Positions 9,995-19,778 of a stretch of 63,102 nt of DNA are shown piece after piece. This DNA comes from Candidatus Kapaibacterium sp. (GTDB lineage: Bacteria; Bacteroidota; Ignavibacteria; Kapaibacteriales; Kapaibacteriaceae): positions 1 to 63,102 of the forward strand of contig JBIJAX010000006.1 of assembly GCA_044345485.1 (NCBI GenBank). The letters run 5' to 3'. Every line of letters begins with the position of its first letter. Position 1 is the stretch's first letter. The translations under genes and the position numbers were made by a program. Under the pieces are notes generated by a model, which was not told the DNA's origin, made no database searches, and saw nothing but the letters and a program-made list of their open reading frames with translations.

Positions 9995-12652
9995 ATGATC
10001 TCTCGATACAGCTGGAGCAGGCTGTTTTGCGTTGCTACGGCTCTACTATTTTCATGTGCGGCATTATCAGCACAGATCAATTTGACGATCAATTCAACAG
10101 GCGGTTCGTATTCGTCTGAGGTCGGCTGGCAAATTGTTAATACAGCCACCGGTGCAACGGTCCATTGCAGACCTCAAGCAGCAGCCGTGCCTACAGGTGT
10201 TGTTGTTAGCGTTCCTGCGGGCACATACGAAGTGCGGGCATTCGACAGTTATGGCGATACTTGGAATGGTGCCACGCTTACTGTGTTGTACACCACGTCG
10301 GGACAGATATTGGTTAACGGTATCACGTATAGCGGAACCGTTCGTCAAACCATGACATGTCCTGGTCCAACAGCTGTTACGAACACTGGACAGATCATTG
10401 CAACATTCTCTGTTGTAGCTCCGTGTTTCGCGCCTACGATCACAGCTCAGCCTGTTTCGCAAACCGTGTGCTCGGGCCAGCCCGTTACACTTTCTGTTGG
10501 ATCAACCCTTACAAACGGAACTTTTGAGTGGTTCCGCGATACGGTTAGTCTTGGTGTTTCAACGTCCAGTATTCTCACAATACCAAACGTTCAGCAAAAC
10601 AACGCTGGACTGTATCGCTGTGTATTGCGTGATAACTGTAATCCAGCAACAGCTACAACAACCACAGCAATTGCGCGGTTAACCGTAGTAGCATCTCCAG
10701 CGATCACCCAAAATCTTCCAGCCACTAGAAGTGTTTGCGAGAATGCGAACGATACACTTCGCATCCGTGCAACTGGCGCTGGACGTGCCTTCCAGTGGTT
10801 TAGAGATGGGGTGGCTATTCCTGGAGCAATAGATTCCAACCTAGTGATTAACAACGCACAGGTAGCATCTTCAGGACAATACTACTGTGTTGTGTCTGGA
10901 ACGTGCACTCCGAGTGTTACTAGCACAACCACATCGTTTGTAGTTGCCGCGCGTCCGCGGATCACTTCTGAGCCAAACAATCTCGATTTGTGCCCAGGTA
11001 CTGCAGGAACTATTAGCGTGTCTGCCACCGGTACAAATCTTACGTATCAGTGGTTCAAGGATGGGGCTCCTGTTGCTGGTGGAATCAACGCAACGCTTTC
11101 CTTCCCAAGCTATGACTATGCTTCAAACGGACTCTACTACTGCATGGTAACATCAAACGTTGCTAATCCAAACAACTGCAACATCACAGCTCAATCGCGC
11201 ACTGTACGTGTTTCAGGGTTTAGAGCTCCAACAGTAAGGACCCAGCCGGTTGCCAAGATTGACGCATGTGTAGGCACACCTGCTAATGTTCTCGCGCAGT
11301 TCTCTGGCACCGGTCTTACATACGAATGGTACAAGGACGGCGCACTGATCAGCAACAATAATTCAAACGAGCTGGTTATTGCTAACGTAACACCTGCTGC
11401 TGCTGGAAGATACGTGGTGGTTGCCACAGGAACATGCGGACTCAAGACAGCTTCTGATACTGTTACTGTTTCTGTTCTTTCTAAGCCTTCCATTTCAAAG
11501 CAACCAGAAGGGGCTAAGCTTACCGTTGGAGATCGACTTAATCTATCCGTTGAAGCATCCGACATTCGCTCAATTCAGTGGATGAAGAATGAAGTTGCTA
11601 TCCCAGGTGCAACAACAGCCAATTTCTCTATTTCAAGTGTTGTGAAGTCTGACGCAGGGTTCTACTCTGCCCGGGTAACCAACGGTTGTGGTGGTGTGGT
11701 TACAAACTATGCCAAGGTTGAAGTAAACGATCCGGTTGTCCCCCGTCCAGCGATTGAACTTTCTCAGGCAAGCGCCGATTTTGGTGAGATCCCTGTTGGT
11801 TACGACAAGACCATTGCTCTCAACAGCCTGATCAAGAATGTTGGTAATGCACCTCTCACGATCACGGCGCTCAATATTGCGCCGAGTGATTTTAGCGTGT
11901 CGAATGCCCCAGCACTTCCATTCGACATTGCGCCGGGTACTTCGCAAACGATTACTGTTAAGGCAGCACCAACTGCAAAGGGTCCAATCTTCGGAACTCT
12001 GAACATTCTTTCTAACGCTCCACTAACCCCACAGTCATCAGTTGCACTTTCCGCTGCATATGTGCTTCGTTATGGCCATCCTACTGCACAGAACTTTGGT
12101 CTGCTTGAGACAGGTAAGTCAGTTGACAAGTGTGTTACCATCACAAACACATCAACACAGGAGATCTCAATTGACCAGGCAACAGCTACAGGATTGAACG
12201 CTTCGGAGTTCACGGTCACAACATCTATGCCGCTTGCAATAGCTGCTGGTGCTTCAGCTGAGATCTGCGTAAAGTTTGCTCCTGGAACAGCAGGTAAGAA
12301 GTCTGCACAGCTTAGCCTTCGCTCCTCAAACGGTGGCAACTCAACGATCGATCTTTCTGGTTCCGGTGAAGTTCCGGGCGGTGTGATTGATGCAACAGAA
12401 GCCGGCATTTCGGTTTGGCCAAACCCGGTTCGTGAGACCGTCACGATCAACTTTGGGAAGCCACTCGCTGGTATGAACATCTCTGTTGTATCATCAGCCG
12501 GACAGGTTGTTGCTGCAATGAGTCATGATGGCGTGGACGGTGGAACTGCCGTAATGCTGAATATCGGTTCACAGGTTGCTAGTGGCGCTTATTCACTGAT
12601 CATCCGTTCTGGCGGTGATGTAATGTCTCTTCCAATCACCGTGATCAAATAA
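9995..12652 (+). CDS. Secreted Ig-stalk protein B, paralog of 7177-9846 with a different N-terminal head
   Basis: Signal peptide ending LSA-QI. Same 5 Ig + 2 ASH-like + CTD (WPNPVRE) layout. Head contains SYSSEVGWQI...DSYGDTWNG, which protein A lacks. Confidence 0.85.
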   Translation: MISRYSWSRLFCVATALLFSCAALSAQINLTINSTGGSYSSEVGWQIVNTATGATVHCRPQAAAVPTGVVVSVPAGTYEVRAFDSYGDTWNGATLTVLYTTSGQILVNGITYSGTVRQTMTCPGPTAVTNTGQIIATFSVVAPCFAPTITAQPVSQTVCSGQPVTLSVGSTLTNGTFEWFRDTVSLGVSTSSILTIPNVQQNNAGLYRCVLRDNCNPATATTTTAIARLTVVASPAITQNLPATRSVCENANDTLRIRATGAGRAFQWFRDGVAIPGAIDSNLVINNAQVASSGQYYCVVSGTCTPSVTSTTTSFVVAARPRITSEPNNLDLCPGTAGTISVSATGTNLTYQWFKDGAPVAGGINATLSFPSYDYASNGLYYCMVTSNVANPNNCNITAQSRTVRVSGFRAPTVRTQPVAKIDACVGTPANVLAQFSGTGLTYEWYKDGALISNNNSNELVIANVTPAAAGRYVVVATGTCGLKTASDTVTVSVLSKPSISKQPEGAKLTVGDRLNLSVEASDIRSIQWMKNEVAIPGATTANFSISSVVKSDAGFYSARVTNGCGGVVTNYAKVEVNDPVVPRPAIELSQASADFGEIPVGYDKTIALNSLIKNVGNAPLTITALNIAPSDFSVSNAPALPFDIAPGTSQTITVKAAPTAKGPIFGTLNILSNAPLTPQSSVALSAAYVLRYGHPTAQNFGLLETGKSVDKCVTITNTSTQEISIDQATATGLNASEFTVTTSMPLAIAAGASAEICVKFAPGTAGKKSAQLSLRSSNGGNSTIDLSGSGEVPGGVIDATEAGISVWPNPVRETVTINFGKPLAGMNISVVSSAGQVVAAMSHDGVDGGTAVMLNIGSQVASGAYSLIIRSGGDVMSLPITVIK

Positions 12653-12675
12653 CCCGTTCTTACGACGTAGACCCC

Positions 12676-12713
12676 AAAGGGTGCTGTGGTGATACACAGC
12701 ACCCTTTTTCTTT
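12676..12713 (+). terminator. Intrinsic terminator after Ig-stalk protein B
   Basis: Perfect 13-bp stem aaagggtgctgtg/cacagcacccttt, 6-nt loop, T-rich tail. Confidence 0.85.
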
Positions 12714-12719
12714 GGTACC

Positions 12720-12727
12720 TATCTTTG
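12720..12727 (+). promoter_or_regulatory. -7 promoter element (TAnnTTTG) for ispD
   Basis: TATCTTTG directly after the upstream terminator and 3 nt before ATG 12731. Confidence 0.55.
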
Positions 12728-12730
12728 GGA

Positions 12731-13429
12731 ATGCAAACAGATATCAACGTCGGAGTGGTTATCCCTGCTGGTGGTTCGGGGTTGCGCTTTGGTGGTCCGG
12801 TTCCAAAACAATACCTGCCCATACAGGGTGTACCTAGCATCGTTCGTTCTATTCGGACAATTCTTAGCCTTTCGAACTGCATAACTGTAGTTATCGCTGC
12901 GGCCGAGGAACAACACGTGTATCTAAACGAACTCCTTACAACGTTCCACGTTGCCGACGAACGTGTTCATATCGTTGCGGGAGGAAGTGAGCGGCAAGAA
13001 TCGGTGTCTAAAGCACTGCGTCATGATTCGCTTGCTAACGCAGACATTATAGCTGTGCATGATGCAGTTCGCCCCCTGGCCTCAGAAAAGCTGTGGGAGC
13101 GTGTCATTGAGGCTGCGCAGTCCTCTGGAAGCGCAATACCCATTATCCCCGTTACAGACACATTAAAGCGCGTCCATGGGGGGGTAGTTGTAGAAACGAT
13201 AGACCGATCGAGCGTTCGGCGTGTGCAAACACCCCAAGCGTTTGCATCGGACGTGCTGCGGAAGGCATATCAAGAAGCAGAGCGTCAATCATGGAGTGGG
13301 ACAGATTGTTCGAGTTTGTGTGAGCGGATTGGGGTTTCTGTTCACTGTATAGATGGTGAAGAGAACAACATCAAGATCACAACACCGTTAGATGTGGTGA
13401 TAGCAGAGACATTTCTATCGCGTAACTAA
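12731..13429 (+). CDS. ispD: 2-C-methyl-D-erythritol 4-phosphate cytidylyltransferase
   Basis: Motifs PAGGSGLRFG..PKQY, GGSERQESV, VHDAVRP, VQTPQAF, NIKITTPLD. Confidence 0.95.
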   Translation: MQTDINVGVVIPAGGSGLRFGGPVPKQYLPIQGVPSIVRSIRTILSLSNCITVVIAAAEEQHVYLNELLTTFHVADERVHIVAGGSERQESVSKALRHDSLANADIIAVHDAVRPLASEKLWERVIEAAQSSGSAIPIIPVTDTLKRVHGGVVVETIDRSSVRRVQTPQAFASDVLRKAYQEAERQSWSGTDCSSLCERIGVSVHCIDGEENNIKITTPLDVVIAETFLSRN

Positions 13430-13523
13430 TTGCCAAGGCGAAGGTTGTTTTGCGTCATGGTAAAACGGCATGTATATTCGCGCCGCTTGATACTTCAGAA
13501 ACCAATGTTGTAAGGATTCAGTC

Positions 13524-13763
13524 ATGTTTTGGACGCCCGAACTTGCTTCGTATCTGGAAGATGCGCCGTGGCCAGCAACAAAAGAAGAACTGATCGATTA
13601 CTGCAATCGAACAGGTGCACCGCTGCAGGTGATCGACAACCTCACAGAACTCGATGATTCCGAAGAGCTGACATACGAGGGTATCGAAGATCTTTGGCCT
13701 GAGTATGAAGAAGGCTCCGACGATTTGTTCTTCAGCGAAGACGAAGATCCGTACGATAATTAA
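13524..13763 (+). CDS. DUF2795 family small acidic protein
   Basis: MFWTPELASYLEDAPWPATKEELIDY...IEDLWPEY matches the conserved FCB-group DUF2795 pattern. Confidence 0.85.
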   Translation: MFWTPELASYLEDAPWPATKEELIDYCNRTGAPLQVIDNLTELDDSEELTYEGIEDLWPEYEEGSDDLFFSEDEDPYDN

Positions 13764-13784
13764 GAGCATTACATAGACATCCTA

Positions 13785-13818
13785 AACGCCCAGAGGGTTC
13801 GTCCTTCTGGGCGTTGTT
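13785..13818 (+). terminator. Terminator-like hairpin after the DUF2795 gene
   Basis: 13-bp stem aacgcccagaggg/ccttctgggcgtt (one G-U pair), 5-nt loop, weak T tail. Confidence 0.65.
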
Positions 13819-13845
13819 CGTTCTATACACCTTCCATACGGTATT

Positions 13846-16161
13846 TTGCGCCTTGTGATCATCACACGAACATGGTTGTGCTGTTTTATAGCCCTTGGAA
13901 TATGTATTTCGGGAGGGGGCTATGTCTTTGCCCAACAGGATGCTGGTGCGTATCAGGACAGCGTTATTCTGGCTGGAGAACGCTCTAGAGCGCTCCAACT
14001 TGAAGAGCTTCAGGGTGTAGAGATATTGGGGTGTCGCGAAATTCCCGACGTTGATCTGCTTGGCGTTATTTCCTCGCGTGCCAGTGACAACACCCTAGGC
14101 CGAAAGCTCGTAGAGTTCTATGAGTCTACGATGCGCCGTAACAGCGGTAAACCTGCCATTATCTATCGGCGCTTCGCGGAACTTCGGAGATCATATGAGA
14201 ATGACCGGCGTTTCTTTGAATCGAGTCTTGCCAAGGAAGACAGCAATGCAATACTTGTCTATCTGAATCAGCAGGGGTTCCATAACTCTTCGGTGGCATA
14301 TGGCTTTGGATACGACGGTGCAAACAAGAAGAAGACGTTACGATTTGTTGTTACCGAGGGCAAGCGAGCCCAGATAGATACCCTTGCAATACGGGGATTA
14401 GAGAGTATAGATTCATCGTTTCGTGAGTCGATTCTCTCGGGACTAGAGACGGGATCAAACAGCCCCTTCTCAGAGTCCTTGCTCGAGCGCGATCTCGGCA
14501 AGATCGTACGAGAGTTGCGGAACAGAGGATATTACCAGGCCAGCTATCAACCACCCACGGTGCAGATCAGCAATGATGGGCTGCATGATACCGTGCTGGT
14601 TCACATCAACGTTGGCAATAGAAAGCGAATTGGCTCTGTTGTGTTCGAAGAAAATGCGAACGGCTTCCGCTCTGTATCCGAAGGCACTCGATCACGTCAG
14701 TTAGAGTTTAGTGAAGGCGAGTGGTATAGCGAAGAAATGATAGAACAGTCGCGATCCAATTTGATGGGGCTGGGTACGTTCGAAGTTGTGTTGATCGATA
14801 CACTGGTTCAAAAGAACAGAGAGCAGGATTCTCTTCTTCATTTGAGGGTGTATACGCGCAACGCTAAACCCCACGATGTTGGGTTAAGTCTCCTGCTCTA
14901 CCAAACAGCCGTAGACAACTTTGTTAATCTTGGTCTCGGTGCAACTGTCCAGCATCGTAACGCATTTGGTGGCGCGCAGGTTGCATCAATCACAACACAG
15001 TACGTGCTTCAGGATGTAAGCCGAGTCACCCAGGGTCAACAGCTGGAGAGCGAGGCGCTGGGATCTCTTGTTCTTGTATGGCCAAACATTGGTCGGTTGT
15101 TTGACCAGCGTATAGCGCTGCAAACGTCTACGTTCTACTCGGCACGACAACTCATCACGCCGTTTCGGTTAGAGTCGTTTGGTCTTAATGCACGCGCTCC
15201 AATTTCCCTGTATTCACACACGTTTTTTAACGGCATTGATCTTAGTGTTGGGCTAGAGCGACAGATTCCTCTGAATTTTGATTTTGCGATTAACCGTGCT
15301 TTAACAGAAGCAAGGACAACGGAAGACTCTGTATTTGTTCGGAGTACGTTTAACCAGTTTCTCGTTCTAAGCGACTTCCTGAGCAAGTCTCGTGAGTTCT
15401 TTACGGGAATCAATGCTGGTCTCACGCTTCGGGGGGATCACCGGAATAGCCCCGTAAACCCAACGCGAGGTACACTGTCCTCTCTCTCCATAGAATGGGG
15501 CTGGGGCGCTGGCAAGTACATACGAGGCCAGGGGTTTGTTTCAACAGCCTTTGGGATGGGTCCGCGTGTAGTTGGTGCAACGAAGATCAGGGTCGGACAC
15601 ATTGCGCTGCTTGATTTTGTTCGTGGAGATTCAACAAAAAACAACACATACGTACCACTAGAACGCCAGTTCTTCGCTGGAGGTCCGGCTAGCATCCGCT
15701 CCTTTGCCTCTCGACGCCTTCACGATCCGGTATCGGGCAGAATATCCGGTGTGAATACCAGCGACGACTATGTTCTAGCAAACGTGATTGGTAGTGCTTC
15801 TCTTTTGGAACTTGGGTTTGAATTCCGTTATACGTTCGAAAGACCCAACGGTGTAGACGATCTCTGGGGATCATTGATCGAACGCAGTGGGATTACGTTC
15901 TTCACAGATATTGGGAACTCGTTCAACCGATTCACGTCTGAGTTGTATGGTACGTCGAAACTAGAAGATTTCTTGTACGGAAGCGCCGTGGCGCTTGGTG
16001 CGGGGTATCGTTTCGACACCCCTGTAGGACCGTTTCGAATTGACATGGCTACCAGTGTCTACGATCCAACGCGAACCGATGGACGTTGGATAGTTGGACG
16101 ACGTGGTGTGTTTAACAGCTCGAACTGGCAGCTAAGTATAGGACTAGGGCACGCTTTTTAA
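13846..16161 (+). CDS. Omp85 (BamA/TamA-like) outer-membrane protein with POTRA domains
   Basis: POTRA-like units (YLNQQGFHN, LRNRGYY), FFAGGPASIRSF loop motif, GYRFDTPVGPFRID, terminal IGLGHAF. Start TTG 13846 or GTG 13855. Confidence 0.88.
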   Translation: MRLVIITRTWLCCFIALGICISGGGYVFAQQDAGAYQDSVILAGERSRALQLEELQGVEILGCREIPDVDLLGVISSRASDNTLGRKLVEFYESTMRRNSGKPAIIYRRFAELRRSYENDRRFFESSLAKEDSNAILVYLNQQGFHNSSVAYGFGYDGANKKKTLRFVVTEGKRAQIDTLAIRGLESIDSSFRESILSGLETGSNSPFSESLLERDLGKIVRELRNRGYYQASYQPPTVQISNDGLHDTVLVHINVGNRKRIGSVVFEENANGFRSVSEGTRSRQLEFSEGEWYSEEMIEQSRSNLMGLGTFEVVLIDTLVQKNREQDSLLHLRVYTRNAKPHDVGLSLLLYQTAVDNFVNLGLGATVQHRNAFGGAQVASITTQYVLQDVSRVTQGQQLESEALGSLVLVWPNIGRLFDQRIALQTSTFYSARQLITPFRLESFGLNARAPISLYSHTFFNGIDLSVGLERQIPLNFDFAINRALTEARTTEDSVFVRSTFNQFLVLSDFLSKSREFFTGINAGLTLRGDHRNSPVNPTRGTLSSLSIEWGWGAGKYIRGQGFVSTAFGMGPRVVGATKIRVGHIALLDFVRGDSTKNNTYVPLERQFFAGGPASIRSFASRRLHDPVSGRISGVNTSDDYVLANVIGSASLLELGFEFRYTFERPNGVDDLWGSLIERSGITFFTDIGNSFNRFTSELYGTSKLEDFLYGSAVALGAGYRFDTPVGPFRIDMATSVYDPTRTDGRWIVGRRGVFNSSNWQLSIGLGHAF

Positions 16162-16177
16162 AAGCATGGGGGGTGTA

Positions 16178-17011
16178 TTACGTGATCTTCTTGATCACGC
16201 TATCGTGGAGATCAACATCCGATGCACTTGCTACGAGCGATAAGATTCCATCTGTAACTAAGTGCTGTTCCTGGTTGGTCTTCATACCGCGGCTTTGTAG
16301 AAACTCCACAATTGGCGCCGCCTCGCCCCCTGTAAAAATGACCGTCGGGTCTTTAAACTTCAAGTGCTTTGCGAACTGATCTACTGCTTGCTGAATACCA
16401 CCGGCAACTGAATACGTTACACCTGCCATGAGGCATTCCGTTGTATTAATTCCTACTACAGCAGTTGCCGGAGAGAACTTCATCTCTTGAATTGCCGCTG
16501 TTTGCTTGCTCAGACCAAATAGTTGTGTCGACAAGCCTGCGAAGATCACACCGCCTAGAAACTGTCGATCGTTGGACACAGCATTCACTGTTACTGCCGT
16601 TCCGCAGTCTACGGTTATCAACGGGGGCGTATACTTCGTCATTGCACCGATGGCACCTAACATTCGATCTATGCCGGCATTTTCAATGTGGCTCAACGAC
16701 AACAGCGATTCGTTGCGCATCAGCAGCGTGTGGGCGTTAACAACCAAATGGCTCGTGATTCGCTGAAGGACCTTGACAATTGCGGTGGTCTGTTTATGAT
16801 TAACGCTCGAAAGACCTATGATGTAACGCTTTTGCACGTGGTCGCGAAAGTGGTGCTGTACATTCTTCTTCCATTCTTTATCGTATGGAAAAGATAAGAA
16901 CACATCGTCGTGATGGATCTTTACGCGGCTGTTTCCAACGTCTATTGCTGCTATGCCGTAGCTAACGCCGTTGAGCTCAATCGATGTATCGTATAGAGTC
17001 GCCATTGTCAA
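16178..17011 (-). CDS. coaX: Type III pantothenate kinase
   Basis: Motifs IDVGNSRVK, GIDR, VDCGTAVT, FLGGVI, TGGEA. Overlaps the end of birA. Confidence 0.92.
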   Translation of the reverse strand: MTMATLYDTSIELNGVSYGIAAIDVGNSRVKIHHDDVFLSFPYDKEWKKNVQHHFRDHVQKRYIIGLSSVNHKQTTAIVKVLQRITSHLVVNAHTLLMRNESLLSLSHIENAGIDRMLGAIGAMTKYTPPLITVDCGTAVTVNAVSNDRQFLGGVIFAGLSTQLFGLSKQTAAIQEMKFSPATAVVGINTTECLMAGVTYSVAGGIQQAVDQFAKHLKFKDPTVIFTGGEAAPIVEFLQSRGMKTNQEQHLVTDGILSLVASASDVDLHDSVIKKIT

Positions 17012-17702
17012 TGATCCGTTCGAGAAATGTGGTGGTGTTTCGAATCAGTAATCGTCCGTCGTCTAACAGTTGCTCAACTACCCATACATCATCACTGTCC
17101 AGTACACGAATGTTGTTGCCTGTCAATCGAAGTTCTTTGGTCCACTCATCAATGGCATCTGAAGGTGACATTTGTGAGTATTGAAACATCCGATCGATGA
17201 TGTATGACCTGACAGTTTCTGTTGCAACGTGTACGTTTTGAAGCTGTAAAGACGTGCAGGGCTGTGATATAGTCTCTGGAAACACCGTCTGTTGGACGTT
17301 AATTCCAATGCCAATTATTGTGGCCACACATCTTGACCCTTCGAACTCGTGTTCTGTCAGTATACCTGCGATCTTACTCCAGCCTTTGTCTGTTTGTACC
17401 TGTAGATCATTGGGATATTTGATGCGAACTGTAATTTCTGGCGCCAATGTTCTGAGCACGGACGCAACAGCCAGGGTTGGATAGGCCATGGAAGCTACCA
17501 CATATGCGGTTTCAACTGTATTGTTTACCCTTTGCGCAAAGGATATATAGACATTGGCGCTGGGGTCTCCTTCCCACTTCTTACCGCTACGACCACGGCC
17601 TGCAGTTTGGTGGTCGGCAGATACAACTACAAACGGGGTGTCTTTTAACAACTCGCGTGCAACTGTATTGGTAGAATCCACAGTTGAAAGGTGGACGTGC
17701 AT
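16977..17702 (-). CDS. birA: Biotin--protein ligase (group I, no N-terminal HTH)
   Basis: Motifs VDSTN, QTAGRGRSGKKW, IKYPND, KIAGILTE, GIGINV. Confidence 0.93.
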   Translation of the reverse strand: MHVHLSTVDSTNTVARELLKDTPFVVVSADHQTAGRGRSGKKWEGDPSANVYISFAQRVNNTVETAYVVASMAYPTLAVASVLRTLAPEITVRIKYPNDLQVQTDKGWSKIAGILTEHEFEGSRCVATIIGIGINVQQTVFPETISQPCTSLQLQNVHVATETVRSYIIDRMFQYSQMSPSDAIDEWTKELRLTGNNIRVLDSDDVWVVEQLLDDGRLLIRNTTTFLERIIDNGDSIRYID

Positions 17703-17794
17703 TAATAAATTAATTTACGATGAAACATGGGGAACAAGGTCGACTACAACATTACCTGAATTTGTGGCACGGTTTTCTATTTTGTGCTACAACT

Positions 17795-19153
17795 ATGAAC
17801 CAAAGTACAGATACGATATGTGCATTGGCAACGCCACCGGGTGTGGCTGGCCTTGCTGTGATACGGATTAGCGGCCGAGAAGCCTTTAGTATCTGTGATG
17901 CTCTTTTCACTGGTAACGGGGTGGTATCCTCTGCACCTAGCCACACAATCCATTATGGATGGATATCTGAGGGGCCAACACGCATCGATTCGGTAACTGT
18001 ATCCATCTTTCGCTCCCCTACCTCGTATACTGGGGAAGATGTGGTCGAAATTGGATGCCACGGTGGTGTATTCGTAACAGAGCAACTTCTGTCCCTGTTG
18101 ATAAGCAAAGGGGCTCGCTTTGCCGATCCAGGAGAGTTCACGAAGCGGGCTTTTCTTAACAGGAAGCTGGATCTTACCCAAGTTGAAGCCGTTGCCGACA
18201 TCATCCATGCCGAAACCCGTGTTGGGGCTCAAACAGCAGCTCGACAGCTATCTGGGGGCTTTACAAGGAGATTGGGGGCTTTTCGTGAACAGGTGATGGA
18301 TGTTATTGGGCTGTTAGAACTCGAACTGGATTTCTCGGAAGAAGACGTAGAGTTCGTCGACCGTACTCACCTGCGCGTTCTTTTACAGGCGCTCTGCGAC
18401 GACGTAGATGCTTTAGCGGCAACTGCTCGGTCTTCTGAGGTATTGAGGACGGGTTTTCATGTTGCTGTCGTAGGCTTTCCGAATGCAGGTAAGAGCTCAC
18501 TCTTTAATGCGCTGCTTGACAGACCGAGAGCCATAGTAAGTGATGTTGCGGGCACTACCCGAGATTACCTCCAGGAGTCGCTCCTTCTTGAAGGATATAG
18601 CATCCATCTCGTAGATACGGCAGGAATCCGAGACGCCTCTGACAGTATCGAAATGCAAGGAATAAGCCTAACAGCCTCTGTAATGAGGGAAAGTGATCTT
18701 ATTCTGGTGCTGAACGATGTATCATTGGGTAGAAACCACTCTGAAAAGCTCGTACACGACATAACGAGCAACTACCCAGATTCATGCCTGCTGGTGGTTC
18801 AGAACAAGAGAGATCTTGTTCATGACAGTGGAGGATTGAGCGGTGACTGGGTAGAGTGCTCCGCCAGCAGTGGTTTTGGGGTAGATAACGTAAAGAAAGC
18901 ACTTGTGCGATACGCCAAAGCGCACGGAACCTCCCCGGGAGACATGCTTGTTAATGCCCGACAGGCGGTGTTATTGCACTCGATTTCTTCGAGCTTGCGG
19001 TCTTGTCTGGATGGTCTTGAACAGGGGTTATCTACCGACCTACTCTCCGTAGATCTTCGGGCATGCATCCGCCTCCTTGGAGAAATATCAGGAGAAACGT
19101 GGAATCCTGATGTCCTTGATACCGTCTTTTCTCGTTTCTGTATTGGAAAGTAG
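17795..19153 (+). CDS. mnmE: tRNA modification GTPase MnmE
   Basis: Motifs DTICALATPPG, SYTGEDVVEIGCHGG, GFPNAGKSSL, GTTRD, DTAG, terminal FSRFCIGK. Confidence 0.97.
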   Translation: MNQSTDTICALATPPGVAGLAVIRISGREAFSICDALFTGNGVVSSAPSHTIHYGWISEGPTRIDSVTVSIFRSPTSYTGEDVVEIGCHGGVFVTEQLLSLLISKGARFADPGEFTKRAFLNRKLDLTQVEAVADIIHAETRVGAQTAARQLSGGFTRRLGAFREQVMDVIGLLELELDFSEEDVEFVDRTHLRVLLQALCDDVDALAATARSSEVLRTGFHVAVVGFPNAGKSSLFNALLDRPRAIVSDVAGTTRDYLQESLLLEGYSIHLVDTAGIRDASDSIEMQGISLTASVMRESDLILVLNDVSLGRNHSEKLVHDITSNYPDSCLLVVQNKRDLVHDSGGLSGDWVECSASSGFGVDNVKKALVRYAKAHGTSPGDMLVNARQAVLLHSISSSLRSCLDGLEQGLSTDLLSVDLRACIRLLGEISGETWNPDVLDTVFSRFCIGK

Positions 19154-19158
19154 TTGTT

Positions 19159-19686
19159 ATGAGCTCCGATCTGATCATTAGGCCGCTGGAAATAGAGGAT
19201 TTTACTCAGTTTCTCGACATCCAAAGTGCAGCCTTGCTGCAAGCCCCAGAGGTGTTTGGTTCTGACTATGATTGGTTTGCAGGGCTTTCTATCCTATCCA
19301 AGGAGCAACGGTACGAGAAGTACATGAACTTCCCATACCAGTATCTCCTGGGTGCCATTGACCCATCAGGGACCATTGTAGCGATGATTGGGTACTCAAG
19401 CCAAGACTCAACCAAGACCCGTCACAAAGGAGGGTTGTGGGGCCTTTTTGTCCGTGAGAACTATCGAGGACAAGGAATTGCGTCCATTTTGATCAATTCG
19501 ATTGTTGAGACAGCAAAGGATGTGCTTGAAGTTGAACAGCTTCAACTCAGCGTAAGTACACAGAACCAAGCATCGTATGGGTTGTACCTACGCCTTGGCT
19601 TTACAGTGTACGGAACCGAAATACATGCCATGAAAATCGGTGATACGTATGTAGACGAGTATTTGATGGTGAAATTCCTTGCATAG
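19159..19686 (+). CDS. GNAT family N-acetyltransferase
   Basis: LFVRENYRGQGIA acetyl-CoA binding motif and NQASYGLYLRLGF. Confidence 0.88.
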   Translation: MSSDLIIRPLEIEDFTQFLDIQSAALLQAPEVFGSDYDWFAGLSILSKEQRYEKYMNFPYQYLLGAIDPSGTIVAMIGYSSQDSTKTRHKGGLWGLFVRENYRGQGIASILINSIVETAKDVLEVEQLQLSVSTQNQASYGLYLRLGFTVYGTEIHAMKIGDTYVDEYLMVKFLA

Positions 19687-19702
19687 TGTTTCACGTGAAA
19701 CA
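19687..19702. promoter_or_regulatory. parS: parS site (ParB binding)
   Basis: Exact TGTTTCACGTGAAACA, within a 20-bp palindrome (19685-19704). Confidence 0.92.
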
Positions 19703-19748
19703 CTTTTCCAGTTTTCCGCTTTCTTTTTGCGTCATTTTCAAACTCCTG

Positions 19749-19764
19749 TGTTCCACGTGGAACA
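19749..19764. promoter_or_regulatory. parS: parS site (ParB binding)
   Basis: Perfect palindrome TGTTCCACGTGGAACA, starting 62 bp after the first site and ending 14 nt before the mnmG ATG. Confidence 0.9.
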
Positions 19765-19778
19765 CTCCTTAGAAAATA

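Noticed and set aside
7177-12652. Shufflon, DGR or recent gene conversion between the Ig paralogs
   Set aside because: No recombinase or reverse transcriptase, no inversion sites, and synonymous differences throughout with no adenine-specific pattern visible.
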